NCBI GenBank assembly: GCA_028534125.1
Contig: CM052846.1
Span: 682,001 to 746,000 of the forward strand
Direction of reading: 5' to 3'
Length of the DNA: 64,000 bases
From: Lama glama
Taxonomy: Eukaryota
Below the pieces are notes generated by a model, which made no database searches, had not been told where the DNA came from, and worked only from the letters and a program-made list of their open reading frames with translations. A program made the position numbers and the translations under genes. Below, piece after piece: positions 49,576 to 62,339 of the stretch; position 1 is the stretch's first letter; every line of letters begins with the position of its first letter.

Positions 49576-51184
49576 GGGGAGATTCAGTCTTGGATTTGCA
49601 GGATCTTAGAAATAGAAGATTTGCAGGAGGCCCATGAGTGCTAACTCTAACATTTTGAATGCATGTTTGATTGGTGCGTTTTTCCGGGGAACAGTCCAAA
49701 CACTTAGTAAAACTGTAAAAGCGTCTGGCTTCCTTTCATCACTTGAGAAATGAACGCTTGACCAGCGGGCACGGCGACCGAGCACCTGCTCCAGCTCTGG
49801 CGTCCCCACTGCTGCCCCTGGTTCACTCGCGTTCCGGGGCGATGTGCCCACGTGCCGCTGCAGGTAGCAGGGACACACGGAGGCGTGCTGACTCCCGGGC
49901 CAGCGATTTTCCGTTACGCCCCTGTGATTGCTTGGAAAGAATGTGTGTTTTGGAGTCAGAAGGGTCTTCAAGTCTCATCACACCCCTAGACATGCAGCTC
50001 GTGCTTGCTGCTTGAGACAACAGGAGGGCTCGGAAAACGGGTCCCCGGAGTAGTAAACACTCAACAAATCGCATTTTTATCCTCATCCCACGTGTGAGAC
50101 GGGGTCACGGCTGAGACTTTTACAAAATACACAGCACAAATATTAATATTTATATACGCATAGAATTTTTTCTGGCCGCGTGGATTGCCCGGATGTCTGA
50201 GCCCGACACCGGGCTCCTGGGAGCGCAGCGGATCCCTCGTTGTCCCGGTCACCTCCCGGCTTGGCGGGGCTCAGCCCTCCCCTCCGGGGGGGGGTCTGAG
50301 GGCTGTGGACATGCTCCTGCCTTAGAGCCTCACGCACGTCGACTTGGCAGATTCTGTTTTTGCAGAGGAAGCACATTTCTGCACGTTGACAAACGTTCCC
50401 TGTCGTGCGGCTCTTTGAGCAGGTGCACCGCACCCCAGTCTCTCTCCTTCGCTCCCGTTGCAGGGGAACGTCCACGTTCATCCTGAGCGCTGGAAGGAGC
50501 CCGGTTCCCTGGGGAGGGCGAGTGCTGCATCTCAGGAGGTGGGCGGCTGTTTGCGAAAACTCACGGAAGCCCAGGGCAGGGCCTCCCTGCCCACCTCCTG
50601 GTCTTGACAGAGTTGGGAAAGCCAGCCACCGTCCACCCTCAGCCCAGGTGCCCTCGGCGTCACCCCTGGCCTGGTTTCCGTCCTTGTACGTTGGGCTGGC
50701 CGCCCTGCGCTGACCACCCAGCTGGCAGGAGCCCAGGCAGCGGGAGGGAGATCATTGCGACATTAGCTTAGACACAACCTAATTATAAAGGAAACTGCTG
50801 CTCAACAACAGGGTTCGTGCCTCCAAACCAGCTGAGCATGGCCCCCCTTGGGAATTAACCACCGGCGCGTTCCCTCCGTGGTGTTTGACAGCTGAGTGGA
50901 CAGCGGGTGTAGCCGTGTCCTGTCGTCCTCACACTCAAGGACCTTGGGATGGCTTCTCCTCACCCACGTCCCCAGCTGGAGCCCGGAGTCCCCTCCCTCC
51001 CGCGGGGAGCCGGGCAGAGGCTGTGAAATCTTGAGCCTAAACGCACCAGTGGAGAGAACTTAGGAACCAGCAGAAGCAGGGCCACGGGGTTCCGGGAGCT
51101 TTAGACACACAGGGACAAGCAGAGAAGCACAGAAAATTGACACTGAAAGTTGCCTGTTTGAAAGACACAGGGCCCCTGCGTGCC

Positions 51185-51432
51185 GCAGAGCTAATCGTTA
51201 TGCAAATTTATGCTAATAAGCCGTGCCTCGCGTGTTGTCGAGAAGCTGCCTTTTCCAGTTAACACGGCTGTAATGAGAGGTAAATCTGTAATGCAGATGC
51301 CGGAGGCGATGGATCCTAAATCACTTCATGGTGTAAAGGACTCTCTCTGGCCCCACCCGGACACAAGTGTCAATTTAAATTAGTTTTTGCTTTGCATATT
51401 TATTGAAGCTTTATTTATTGTTAATATGCACT
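51185..51432. promoter_or_regulatory. Candidate enhancer with POU octamer cluster
   Basis: ATGCAAAT (51200-51207), ATGCTAAT (51210-51217), TTTGCATAT (51391-51399) and TAATATGCA (51422-51430) in a repeat-free AT-rich patch. Confidence 0.5.
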
Positions 51433-54400
51433 CAGGACACCAACTAAAAAGAGCCCAGACTTGTTAGAGTGGGATTTCGCGGAGCCGGGTTGGGGTCTGT
51501 GCACCCGTGGAGGGTGGGGCTTTCCTCTCCTCCCCGCTGCCCGCGTCGGCGTGGACGGTGTCAGCGCCGCTCCAGGGTCTCCGGCCGGTCGGGCTCTGCA
51601 GGGAGAGGGCAGTTCTGCGGTGACAGTCCTTGTCGCCTCTGCTTCGAGCGTGAGCCCACCCCGGGCTGCGGAAGCCCCCTCCTGCCGCACCAGCTGTCCC
51701 CCGGGGGAGCCACACACACCCTCACAACGAGTGAGCTTCTGGCTCTGGTTCTGGTTCTGGTTCTATCCCTGTGTCTAAAAACAAAGCGCTTGCTCTGTGC
51801 CAGGGTGTGACGCCCGGCGCCTCACTCGTGCCGTCGCTCACTCGCAGTAGCTGTTAGTCTGCTGTCTTTACGCTGTTTGGGGATCGGGAGACTGAGGCTC
51901 CGTGGGCCTCAGGGCCCCGCCCGCAGTGGCCCACCTGCTGCGCACGGCAAACAGAGCCAAGTGTGTGTTGATGAGCCTCCAGAGCGCACGTGCCTTCCAT
52001 CGCTCCGCTCTGTTCTCTAGCTAATACTGCAGCAAATTGGAGTTTTACGGTCTAAGAAGTTGGATTTGATGATCTCAAAAGTTCTCTGATCCCTCCGGCT
52101 CCAAGTTATCTTGTTCTTTGATGTCCTAAGTGATCATCTCCTGAATCTGATTAACGCCCTTTGTCTGTGACAGTGAACAGGTGACTTGGGTCGGGGGTCC
52201 TGCCTGTCTGCCCACCTCTTCAGTCACTGTGGGTTCGTTCGAGGGCACCTGCCCTCAGCTGTTCGGTCTGATGCCGGCGTGGAAAACGGGTCCGTAAAGA
52301 CTCTGGGCTCGCTAAACACGGGATGTGGGTCAGACGCGTTCACTCACGTGTACACAGACACAGGGCTTGCCGCAATGTCCGTCAACAAGCACCCCGGGAC
52401 TCGGGTGTCGGGCACCTAAGTTTCCCCATTAGCGCAACTCCTTTGAGTCGCGTTATCCTGCGGCCCCTCTGCGAACACGTAAGTCCACGTGCCGTGGGGC
52501 ACTGCAGACGGCCTGGGCCGTGCACTCGTCAGGTACCAGGGGCTAATAGGGGCGCGCCGAGAGGGGAGGGGCCCAGGATTAGATGAAGGAGTGGGCCGAG
52601 AAATGGCTTTGTTTGTGCATTTGGACAGAGAGGAAGACTGCCGCCATCCGTCCCCGATATGTGAGTACAAATCCTACTAAGGCGGCTTTGTTGGGGGGGT
52701 TCAGGTCTACAGGGGAAGCATTCATTTCGTGGCAACTACCCGAGCAGGGCTCAGGGGACCCCTCAGCTCGCGCCCACCGGCCCAGGGCCGAGCCCGGCCC
52801 CCGCAGGCCTGGAGCCCTGACGCCCCCCTGGCAGCACGGTGCTTTGGCTTCAGGAACATTGCTAGGCTGTCGTGCTGTCTGGCTTCCAAACACAGCCTGT
52901 CAGCGTCAGTGTTTGATACTTTAATATAAATAAGCTTATCAGATCAACTTGAGTTGTGACAGTGTGCTGAGAAAAGGCTTAAAAAGGTGTATTATTTCAC
53001 GTTTAGAAAGGAAATCTTTTTAATGAAAAGCAGTGGACGATACAGGGAAGGGAGCAGGGAGGTCCCCCGCTCCACCCCCGGCGCTGCCCGGCTCCCAGCC
53101 CCCACCCCATGCCCCGCGCCGGAGGGGTGGGATTTGTACCCACACACCGGAAATGTTCTCCCAGGGAGAGCAGAGTCTGAACGCAGGATGGACGGCGCCT
53201 TGCCCTGGACACGGGCGGGCCTTGGGGTGAGGCCCACGGGGCTCAGGGACGGCCTGCAGGTCCCTGGGGGGAGAGGCCGGGGGACCGCGGGGCGGGACAG
53301 TGGCCGAGGCGGTGGGAGGCTCGGGTGCCACGTCGCCGTTTTGCACTGGGCACGTTGGCCCAGGAGCGGGTTCACACAACTGACTCAAACCCTCCTCCTC
53401 TCCGGGGCTTCCTTTACTCCCCGGAGAAAGATGAAGTCAGACCAGCGCGGCTCCGCGGCTCCCTTCGGCCGGCGGTTTGTTCCACTGGAAAAAGTAGCTG
53501 AAGCTCTGCTGGCCCTGAGTCCTTCCAAGAGTTCAGCCGGAGTCAAGCGTGTGAGCTCCCAGATTCGAGAGTTCCTCCTTCCAAACCCTGGGGAGCCCCC
53601 CGAGACACGTGAGAATCGGGGGCCGTTGAAGAAACAGGAGCAGGGATTAACTTGCAAGAGGAAGACTGGAACCTGGGTCCAGACGGCCCTCTTCAGGTCC
53701 AAGGTCACCCTGAACTGCTGTGCGTCCCCCGGCAGAAGGCAGCGGCTTCACCTCGCTGAGCCTCAGATCCCTGGGGAACGGCCCCAGTCGCACGTGCTTC
53801 CGACGACTGCTGAGAGGCTGGGCGACTGTGTGTCTGTGGCCACGCCTGCGGTTTCTAAAGCGCTTGATCCCGTGAATGAGCAACCGGTAGAGTGAGAGCT
53901 GCTTCCTTAGAGACCAGCGTGGTCACTTCTTAGTAGTCGTTTTGTTCTACTTGGCTCGGTGGTGTCACTTCGCAGGTAACTTTCATCCGTGTCGCCTCGG
54001 CGCACCTGTACGAGGGGCTGGGCGTACGCAGAGCCCGGGGCGGCAGCCTCCGCCGACGGACCGCGGCCCGGGTGTCCCGACGGCTTGCACGAGGGTCCAC
54101 GGGGACTCCTTTTCGCCTCTTCCCAAGCGGGAGCCCAGGACTGGACTTAGCCTGTCGGCGTGGAAACACTGCAGGTCGCAAAGCAGGGACTCTGAGCTTG
54201 GTTCCCTGGACCGACAAGGAGCTCGGTCCAGTCTCAGGCTCTCCGGGCTGGGGACGTCTTCTGTGAAAGGGTGGTGGGGCCGGACCTGGCCTCTCCTAAA
54301 GGCTCTTCTCAGCTCCATAGGCTGCTCTTCTGCGTCCAAAGAACGTTTCTGCCGTTTGGGAGGTGGTTTAGGGACCCCGTTTGCTGGCTGGTCGTAGGGT

Positions 54401-57400
54401 TGGGTTCCGTCCAGGGGCACGGCCGCTGGTGCGAGTGGAGGGGGGGCAAGTGGGCCCTCCGCCCATCACTCACCTGCGCAAGGTCCCTCCTGGGTGGGCA
54501 GGGGCGCACACAGAGCTGCTGGCCCAACAGCGCTCCGAGGGAACAGGGCACCAGGCCCCTCTGGTCCTTGTGCCCACACAGGACGGCTCTTCCTGCCAGC
54601 GGGTAAAGAGCAAGTTAAGCTGGGGAGAGAGGATGCAGCCACAGGAGGGAGCGCACAGACGAGGCGAGCGCCCCACTGCGAGTCAAGGGAGGTCAGGAGA
54701 GGCTTGATCTAGGACCTGGAGGGTGAGGGGTTTAGGTGGTTGGAGAGGACAGAGGAGGATGCTCTGGGCAAAGCAGCACAGCTGTGAGCACAGCCGGAGG
54801 CAGGAGGGGGCTCGGCACGGCTGAGCCCGGGCGTCCTGGGCCTGGCGACCAAGGCAGGGTCTGGGCTTCAGCCCCGCAGTCGTCCATATCTGTCCTTGTG
54901 CATCAACGCAAAGCCCCCGTCCACGCCGAGGGGGCGTCCAGGGAGAGGCTGGCAGGTGGCTTTGGGAAGCCAGCTCTCGGTCTGGAGAGACAGCAGACGA
55001 GGGCCAGGCTGTCAGGGACCACCCCCGTGGTCAGGTGCACTCACGTGCCCGTTGGAGCCGGGCTGGGCCCCTGTGCTCAGAGAGGAACCGTAGCACCGTC
55101 CTGCACAGGAGAGACGGCGTCCCACACGCACAACTCGTTCTCAGCATCGCCGCACACTCTGGGCCCTCGGGGCTGCGGGCACACCTGGGGAGCGTCCATC
55201 TCGGGAAGGAGGTCCAGTTGGCAGGTCCATGCCCTGGGACACGGGCGTGGGGTGGGGGTGCACTGGTGACATCGCAGCCCCCTCTTTAATTCCGCTTCTC
55301 CAGCTGACCTGGTGAACCTCGCGGGGGTCGCACACACGGCTTAGAAGTGCGGTTTCCCGGCTGTCCTGTCTGAGGCTTGAGTTAAGCCTCCTGGCCCAGG
55401 GCTCAGCACGGGGCCACCTTCTCCCACAGCAGACCCCGCCTCGGGGGGCCTCACACCGGCTCCCGCGCACCCCCCCTTCCAGGTGTGACGCCAGGTGTGC
55501 CCATCCCTGGGGCCTCTCCCCACCTCGGACCCCTGGAGACCCCTCCTCCCCCCAGTTTAGCGTTTCTCCTGTCCTTCCCACCGCGGGACACACCTCATAC
55601 GTCAGGTGGGGTCTCGGCGATCCGCTGCCTCGGAGACGGAGCGCAGGCTCCACCGCAGAGGTCGGCGCCTGTTGTTCAGTGTTGTTTGGCACACGGCAGG
55701 CTTCTGAGAAGTGTTTTTGGAGTAAATCAATAACTAAAACCTTCCCACACACGCCACCGACTCCACGTCCGGCATCGTGGTCACGGGGCAGGTGAGCTCC
55801 CGGCCCTGCCTGCGCGGGTCTGCAGTCTGCAGGCTCTTCTCACCCCCCCCACCCCCCGGGGCCGCTCACCTGCTGTCCGCAAAGGACCAGCCTGGGAGCC
55901 GGTCCCAGGGCAGCCAGACTGGGGGCCTCCCATGGCCACACGGGGCCCCCGGGAGACACGGGCTCTGCTCGGATCCAGCCTGCAGCCTCTCTCCCGGTTG
56001 GGCTCGGCCCTCCGTCCGTCTGCAGCCACAGGCCACGCAGCCCCTAAGGGCTTCTCCTCCTGCGGGGAGGGCCATGCACAGGGCGCCTCCGCCGCGGAGC
56101 CTGCGGGCGAGGTGCAGTGCCAGCAACTGCCCACCAGGTGGAGGCAGAGCTCCATGAATGAGCGAGACGGGTGGCCCCAGCATCACTCCTGCCGCCACTT
56201 TCATTTCAGGGCCCTGCTTTCCTGGTCCCCGTCCCGGGTCCCCTCCACCCCTCCCTGGGATGTCTCATCCCTCCCCAGCCTCCTCCACTGCTTTGCATCA
56301 GGGCCACTTCCTCCCTCTGCCGCAGGCCCCCTCCCTGCAAACGGCCCAGGTAGGAGGGGCTTTGGGGACGGCACCCACTCGGGAGACGGCACCGAGCACA
56401 GACCAGACTGGGCGTCACCTTCACACCCACTCCTGGGAAATGTGCTCTAAACCTTTCCTGAGCGCCCCTTCCTGCGGCCAAAGACACCGGTGCCCCCGTT
56501 CCACTGGGCTCCCTCAAAGGTTCCACTGAAATTCTCGAATTTCCTGATTCCCACCCCCCTCTTCCATTTTACCTTCTTGTGTCATTTGTGAACGGGCCTA
56601 AACGTGCAGGAAGGGAAAAAGAAAAGGAAGGGAATCGAGGGCCCCGCGAGTGGTACTTGCGGGGAAGTCTGGGGGCGGGAGGGAGGGGCGGGAAGGTTCC
56701 CCCTGCACAGCACGTTGAATAATTTACGGAGAACCTCTCCCTTCCAGCCAAGGTGGTCGAGATGAGAGGATAAATCTTCACAAGAATAATCTTTCCAAAA
56801 CCAAGCTCCTCGTCCTCGGATCCTTTGATGTATGAGTGTCAGAGTGGGCAGGACAGGCGGTGAAATACGCGGGAGCCGCCCGCGGAGGGAAGGGCGGCGC
56901 GGAGGGGACCTCAGCGCTGACATCAGGGCGCAGTTGCAGGACGGGAGGCGGCTGTGTCGAAGGCGATTTTGTCCCGTGAGGCTGCTTCCCTCCTGCCTCC
57001 AGGACGCACCCCACCCCCGCCAGGTGTGACACCCCACATCCACAGTGGGTTCCTCCCTGTGGCCGCCCGTTTTGCCGACTGCATAGAAGTTGAACCCTCT
57101 GGACACTGCCAACAATTCCAGCTCCCTGGCTTTTTGGAGACTTAATCAGACAATTTTAAACAGAGAAGAAATTAATATAGAGAGGACTATTTTTTTGCAG
57201 AAGATCAACCAAAGAGGTCAGCCCAAGTGTGACTGCTCCCTCCTCCTGCTCCTCGGCCTTCATCTCTCTTACACACACCTTGAGGGAACTCAGCCACAGC
57301 GAAAGCTACGTGGTGGCCCAACGGACCTTGTGGGGGAGGCCTGGCTTGGGAAAGGCAGCCTCTGCAGCCCCCGGGGCAGGGGTCCCACTGCGAATGCGAG

Positions 57401-57906
57401 CTTGGACGCAGACGGCGTTTGGCAGGAGCCCCGGCTCCGCAGGCAGCCGGTCCAGTCCTTCTCAACAAGCATTAAGCGATGGACGGTTGTGGGCAGGTGT
57501 GGGGCCTGAAGGGGTGTGCTTTTATCACATTATCAGCATCCTTCACGTGAGCTCGGCGTCTTGAATGGGGGGCTTCCTCCCGGAAGGGTACCTGCCTTTC
57601 TCACCTGGTGGCTTCTTTCAAGCTGCACCATCATCTGTGCAGGTGTCTCATCATCCCGAGTGCCTGGGACCCGGGAGGCTAAGGGAGGATCGGCCGCCTC
57701 CTCCCTGCCGCACCTGGCCCTCTCCCCGCATCTGCCTCCATCCTCCATCCTCAGGACTGACGTGCGTGCGTGGAGCAGACAGGTCTGAGCGCGAGGCTGC
57801 AGGCAGGGACTAAGCTCCGTTTCAGGAGTGGAGGAGAGCGCCTTCGACGTGTGGCTGCAACAGTTCATTTCTTCTGTGTAGTGAGTGTAGACATCTTGCC
57901 GTTTTA

Positions 57907-59649
57907 TTTTCACTTTTTTTTCCATGAAATAATTATCACAATGAATTTAGTGAATATCCATCATCTGATAGAGATACGTAATTAAAGAAAGAGAAAAAGG
58001 AGTTTTTGTGCACATGAGGAGAACTCAGGATTTACTTTTTTAACAACACAGAGCAAACAGTTGTGTTTATCATGTTAGTCACGCTGTGCGTGACGCCCCT
58101 CGTGCTCACATTACACCTGCAAGTGCGCACCTTGCGACCACCTTCATCAGTTCCCGCTTCCCCTGCCTCCCACCTCTGGTAACCGCAGATCTCGTCTCTT
58201 TTGCTATGAGTTTGTCTGTTTGTTTGCTTTGAAGCATGATTGCCCTGCAGCACTACGTTAGTTCCTGTTACTCAATGTAGTGACTCGACAGCTGTGTTCA
58301 TTTCAAAGCGATCACCAGGGTCCGTCCAGTTATGATCCGTCACCACACAGAGATGTCACATAGCCATTGGCTGTGTTCGCCACACTGTGCATTTCACACC
58401 TGTGACTCGTGGATTTTGTAGCTGGGGGTCTGTGCCCTTGATCCGCCTCACCTGTTTCCTTCCTGCCTCTCCCTCCTCCCTCTGGCAACCACTTGTCTGT
58501 GCTCTGTCTGTAACTCTGTTTCTGTTTTGTTGTTTGTTTGCTGTGTTTTTAGACTCCAACGTATAGGTGAGGTCATACAGTGCCTGTCTTTCTTGGGCTG
58601 GCTTGCTTCATTTGGCATAATACCCTCCAGGGCCATCCATGTTGTTGTAAATGGCAAATGTCACTCTTTTTCATGGCTGAGTAGTATTCCATTGTGTAAT
58701 ACACCACATGTCGTCTCTGGCTGTTCACCTATTGATGGGCACTTGGGTTGCTTTCATATCTTAGCTTTTGGAAATGATGCTGATCCACGGAGCTGTCTCC
58801 TCACCTCCGCCCAGTTTCAGGGCATCAGGGGCCCCGGGGGCTCACCTGCCCCCTGCCCCCAACTTGTCAGCAGCCACCGCATCTTCCAAAGGGAACATAG
58901 GGGTACATGCATCTTTGCTAATTAGTGTTTTTGTTTTATCGGGAAAAATAACCAGAAGTGGAGTTGCTGGATCCTATGGTAGTTCTACGTTTAATCTTTT
59001 GAGGACTCTCCATGCGGTTTTCCGTAGCGGCTGCACCAGTTTACATTCCCACCAAAGCGCAAGCGGGTTTTTCCCCTACATCCTCGCCAGCAGTCACGTG
59101 TTGTCCTTTTGCTGGTAGCCGCTCCGACAGCCACGCGGTGGCATCTTCACTGTGCTTTTCATTTGCGTTTCCCTGATGATGCTGAGCATCTTGTCCCGAG
59201 CTCGTGGGCCATTTGTGTGTCTTTTTTGGTGAAACGTCTGTTCAGAGTCTCTGTCCATTTCTAAATCAGGCGGTTTGGTTGTCTGATGTTGAGTTGCATG
59301 AGCTCTTTGTGTATTTTGGATACTAACCCTTCATCAGATACGCCGTTTGCAAGTATCTTGTCCCATCCCGTAGGTGGCCTTTTCGTTCTAGGGGTGGTCT
59401 CCTTCTCTGTACAAAAGTGTGTTAGCGTCATTAGGGCCCGTTGGTTTGGTTTTGCTTTTGTTTCCCTTGCCTGAGGAGACAGAGCCAAAAAAAAATATTG
59501 TTAAGACCAGAGTCAAAGAGCGTCCTGCCTTTGCTTCCGTCTTGAAGTTTTATGGTTTCAGGTCTAAGATTTAAGTCCTTAATCCCTCTTGAATTTATTT
59601 TTGTTCGAGATGTGAGAAAGGAGTCCATTCTGATTCTTTTGCATGTAGG
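57907..59649 (-). mobile_element. 5'-truncated laurasiatherian-type L1 (ORF2 3' part + 3'UTR), interrupted by a 104-bp insertion
   Basis: ggctgagtagtattccattgtg, gttgctggatcctatggtagttct and tttcccttgcctgaggagacaga. Probable TSD tgccgtttta (57897-57906) / tgacgtttta (59650-59659). Confidence 0.9.
58785..58888 (+). repeat. Inserted copy of 60073-60180 within L1
   Basis: ccacggagctgtctcctcacctccg...cagcagccaccgcatcttcca, roughly 85% identical by eye to 60073-60180. Confidence 0.92.
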
Positions 59650-60072
59650 TGACGTTTTAGTAACGTTAAAGATAAACCAAGAGAGAAGATGTAAAACGAA
59701 CAAAACAAAAAGCCAAAAAACAAACACCATTTTAAACGGTGCTGGAAAAATCGGAGCCCTACGTGTTTTCACTTTTAACGTTTAAAGTGCTTGGGCTGCG
59801 GGTCAGGTCCCAGCTATCCGCTCAACTTGTGCAGACTTGTGGCTGTCCCGCGGCACCCCGGGAGGCGGCAGAAGCGCAGAAAGATGCCCAGACAGGGGAG
59901 GGGTTGTCCCTCTGTGAGGCAGGTAACCTGTGATGCGGGGCATCCCTCTCAAGGGGGCTGGGCTGGGAGGGGACCAGCTTCTTTCTGCTGACGAGGGGAG
60001 GGCCAGGACTTGTGCCCAAGCAGAAGTGGGGGCACCAAGAGGTTCCCTAAGTCACCCCGGGCACCGCGTGCC

Positions 60073-60180
60073 CCACGGAGCCGTCTCCTCACCTCCGTCC
60101 GGTTTCAGGGCATCAGGAGTCCCGGGGGCCCACCTGCCCCCCCAACCCCCCTGCCTCATCAGCAGCCACCGCGTCTTCCA
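60073..60180 (+). repeat. Donor copy of the 104/108-bp local duplication
   Basis: ccacggagccgtctcctcacctccg...cagcagccaccgcgtcttcca in unique sequence next to a CpG island. Confidence 0.92.
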
Positions 60181-60254
60181 CACTCGGTCAGGCTCCTCCC
60201 CGGTCGGGAGCGCTCTCCGTCTCCTCTCGGAGAAGCTTCTGCTGAGCCTTTAAC

Positions 60255-60680
60255 CCTCGTGCCGTGCGTCACTGGGCCCCAGGGCCTGCTCTCCCCCGAC
60301 CGCCTCGGCGTCAGGCGCCCCCGTGCGTCTGACGACTTCAGCCGGGCTACGCTTGACACTGCGCATCAGCGGTGACGGCCCGCGCAGGGGCACCGCGCAG
60401 CCTGGCTCGGCCAGCGGCCACGCGCGGGGGGGCGTCTGCTGGGGCAGCCGCGCCCGCTCCCCGCACACGCGCCGCGCCGGGCCGGCCAGGAGGCCGACAG
60501 TGGACCAGAGGGACACTCGTCTCCCGGGATGCGTCACGAGGGAGACGGGCGCGCGGTGGTGGGGGCGTCGCCGCTCACTAGTCTGGGCGCCGCAGACGTT
60601 TGGAACAGTGCCCTGTGCCGGACAGGAGCGGGGTGAGGGCGCCGTCACTGTGCCCTTGTGGGCCCGGGGCCCCGCAGAGC
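60255..60680. promoter_or_regulatory. Small CpG island
   Basis: Dense CpG (cacgcgccgcgccggccggcc, gggcgcgcggtgg) with no recognisable repeat. Confidence 0.6.
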
Positions 60681-61629
60681 CCAGTGGACCTGGAGGAAGA
60701 GTGAGTGATGGGGGACTGTTCCGAGATGCGGGCAGCGTTCAGGAAGCAGGTGGCAGGTGGCGGAGGCTGATGCGGGCGGCAGCTTTAGAAGAGGAGCTAG
60801 GCAGCGGGGCTCCCAGTCCTCAGTATCCCCCCTCTCCTGCCGGGGCCCCCACCTGCCAGGCCACCTGGAAGCAGGTGTGTCTGCAGGTCGGTCTGCAGGG
60901 CACAGAGCAGGTCAGAAAGGGCGGAGGGGGGCACTGAGAGTCTAGAGCAGAGTCACCAGCCCACGTGGTAAAGCGAGTTAGCATCAGGTCTGGCCCTCAG
61001 CCTTGCATAATTCCGACTCAGACTCCATGCCGACTCATGGTCTACACTGCCCTGTCTGGTGATGGAGTTTGTGCGAGGGAATTCCCTTAGGTCTGGGGCC
61101 AAGAACTTGGTGTACGATTGTGGCTACCTGCGTGCAGGGTGCAGAACCAGGATCACGTAAAATTAAAGGCAGAGGGCAAAAGAGCATGGAACCTCATGTC
61201 CCCCTGCCACTGGAGGGGTTGTCAGTCTGTTTTAGGAAGAAAACAGTGTCCACCAGTGAGATTTCACACTCACTGTGCCACAAACAACAATTAAAGATTC
61301 ACGTAGCATCGTCTGAGTCCTGAGCACGCCTGAGGGCTTGGCGGGGATCCAGTGTGATCAGAATCAGGTTGGCTTAATCAGGTAATGATGTCTTGGATGT
61401 AGGGTTAAGTCCACTTAAACTGGGTGTAAAGGAACAGCGCCCCACTGTAAGTGCAGACGTCTTCCCCAGACGATTCATATTTCGAGGAACCCCTAAAATT
61501 ACAAGTTAATGTCATGGTAGACTTGCTCTTTAATGTGTCCTGGTTCACCTCCACCTTCACAGAAAGAGGCATTCTCTCCACTCCTAGAGGCTCACTGACT
61601 CGGGGAGATTCGGCACTGAGCCGGCTTAC

Positions 61630-61724
61630 CCCGTCGATTTCCGATTCCTGGAGACTTAGGACTGCGTTGACCGGCACGTTTATGCAGCTGATCATCCTGT
61701 AGTCACATGAGCTGTGCCTTTTGC
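61630..61724 (-). other. Candidate 95-nt internal exon
   Basis: Acceptor tatctcgtgtcttaatag|GC and donor GGG|gtaagc. An upstream donor CAG|gtgagt at 61846/61845 gives a 121-nt intron. Confidence 0.35.
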
Positions 61725-62197
61725 CTATTAAGACACGAGATAGTCTATGAAGTTACAATCAGTTTTATGTCAGGTGTTCAAGAATGACCACGTGGTTTTT
61801 TAGTAGACGTCAAATACAGCATGAAACTATTAATAACTCACTCACCTGCCAACATTTCCACCCCACAATCCATAAGAGCTGAGTTTATCGAGTAGCTTGA
61901 AGGCCAAGGTTTTAAAAATTATTCATTCATTTACAACAAAGGCAGCCTGTCCGGGGGGTGGCCACCACTCGGAAGTATGTTCCTCAACTCCAGTTTCCTA
62001 GAGCCGAGGAAGGAGATGGTGGACTCCGAGGTGTGAGGAGGAGAGAGAAAACGCAGATGGTCCCTGGGGGCTGCCGACAGCTCAGAACCGCCCTCGCTGG
62101 TCCTTCAGATCCAGGCCCATCTCTCATCTGTGCCCTGGGAGGGCAGCAGGCAGCCGGCGAGCTTAAAAAAGAATTCAGTGACTGAAAAAACACAAAA

Positions 62198-62327
62198 GCA
62201 CGGGGTCCTGGCTCACTCCCCAGCACCTCCATTAAAAAATAAAATGAAACAAACAAATAAATAAACCCAGTTACGAATCCCACCAATAAAAATTTTTTTA
62301 AAAAATTTCTTAAATAAAGAAAATAAG
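62198..62327 (+). mobile_element. 5'-truncated camelid vic-1-like tRNA-derived SINE
   Basis: gcacggggtcctggctcactccccagcacctcc (degenerate B box) followed by A-rich tail and aataaataaacccagttac, resembling the camelid SINE. Confidence 0.75.
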
Positions 62328-62339
62328 GCAGAAGCGAGG

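Noticed and set aside
52987-54420. 302-aa (+) and 145-aa (-) ORFs
   Set aside because: Non-ATG starts, no recognisable domain and no convincing splice boundaries.
62198-62230. tRNA-like B-box sequence
   Set aside because: Part of a truncated SINE with an A-rich tail; the 5' half of the tRNA is missing.
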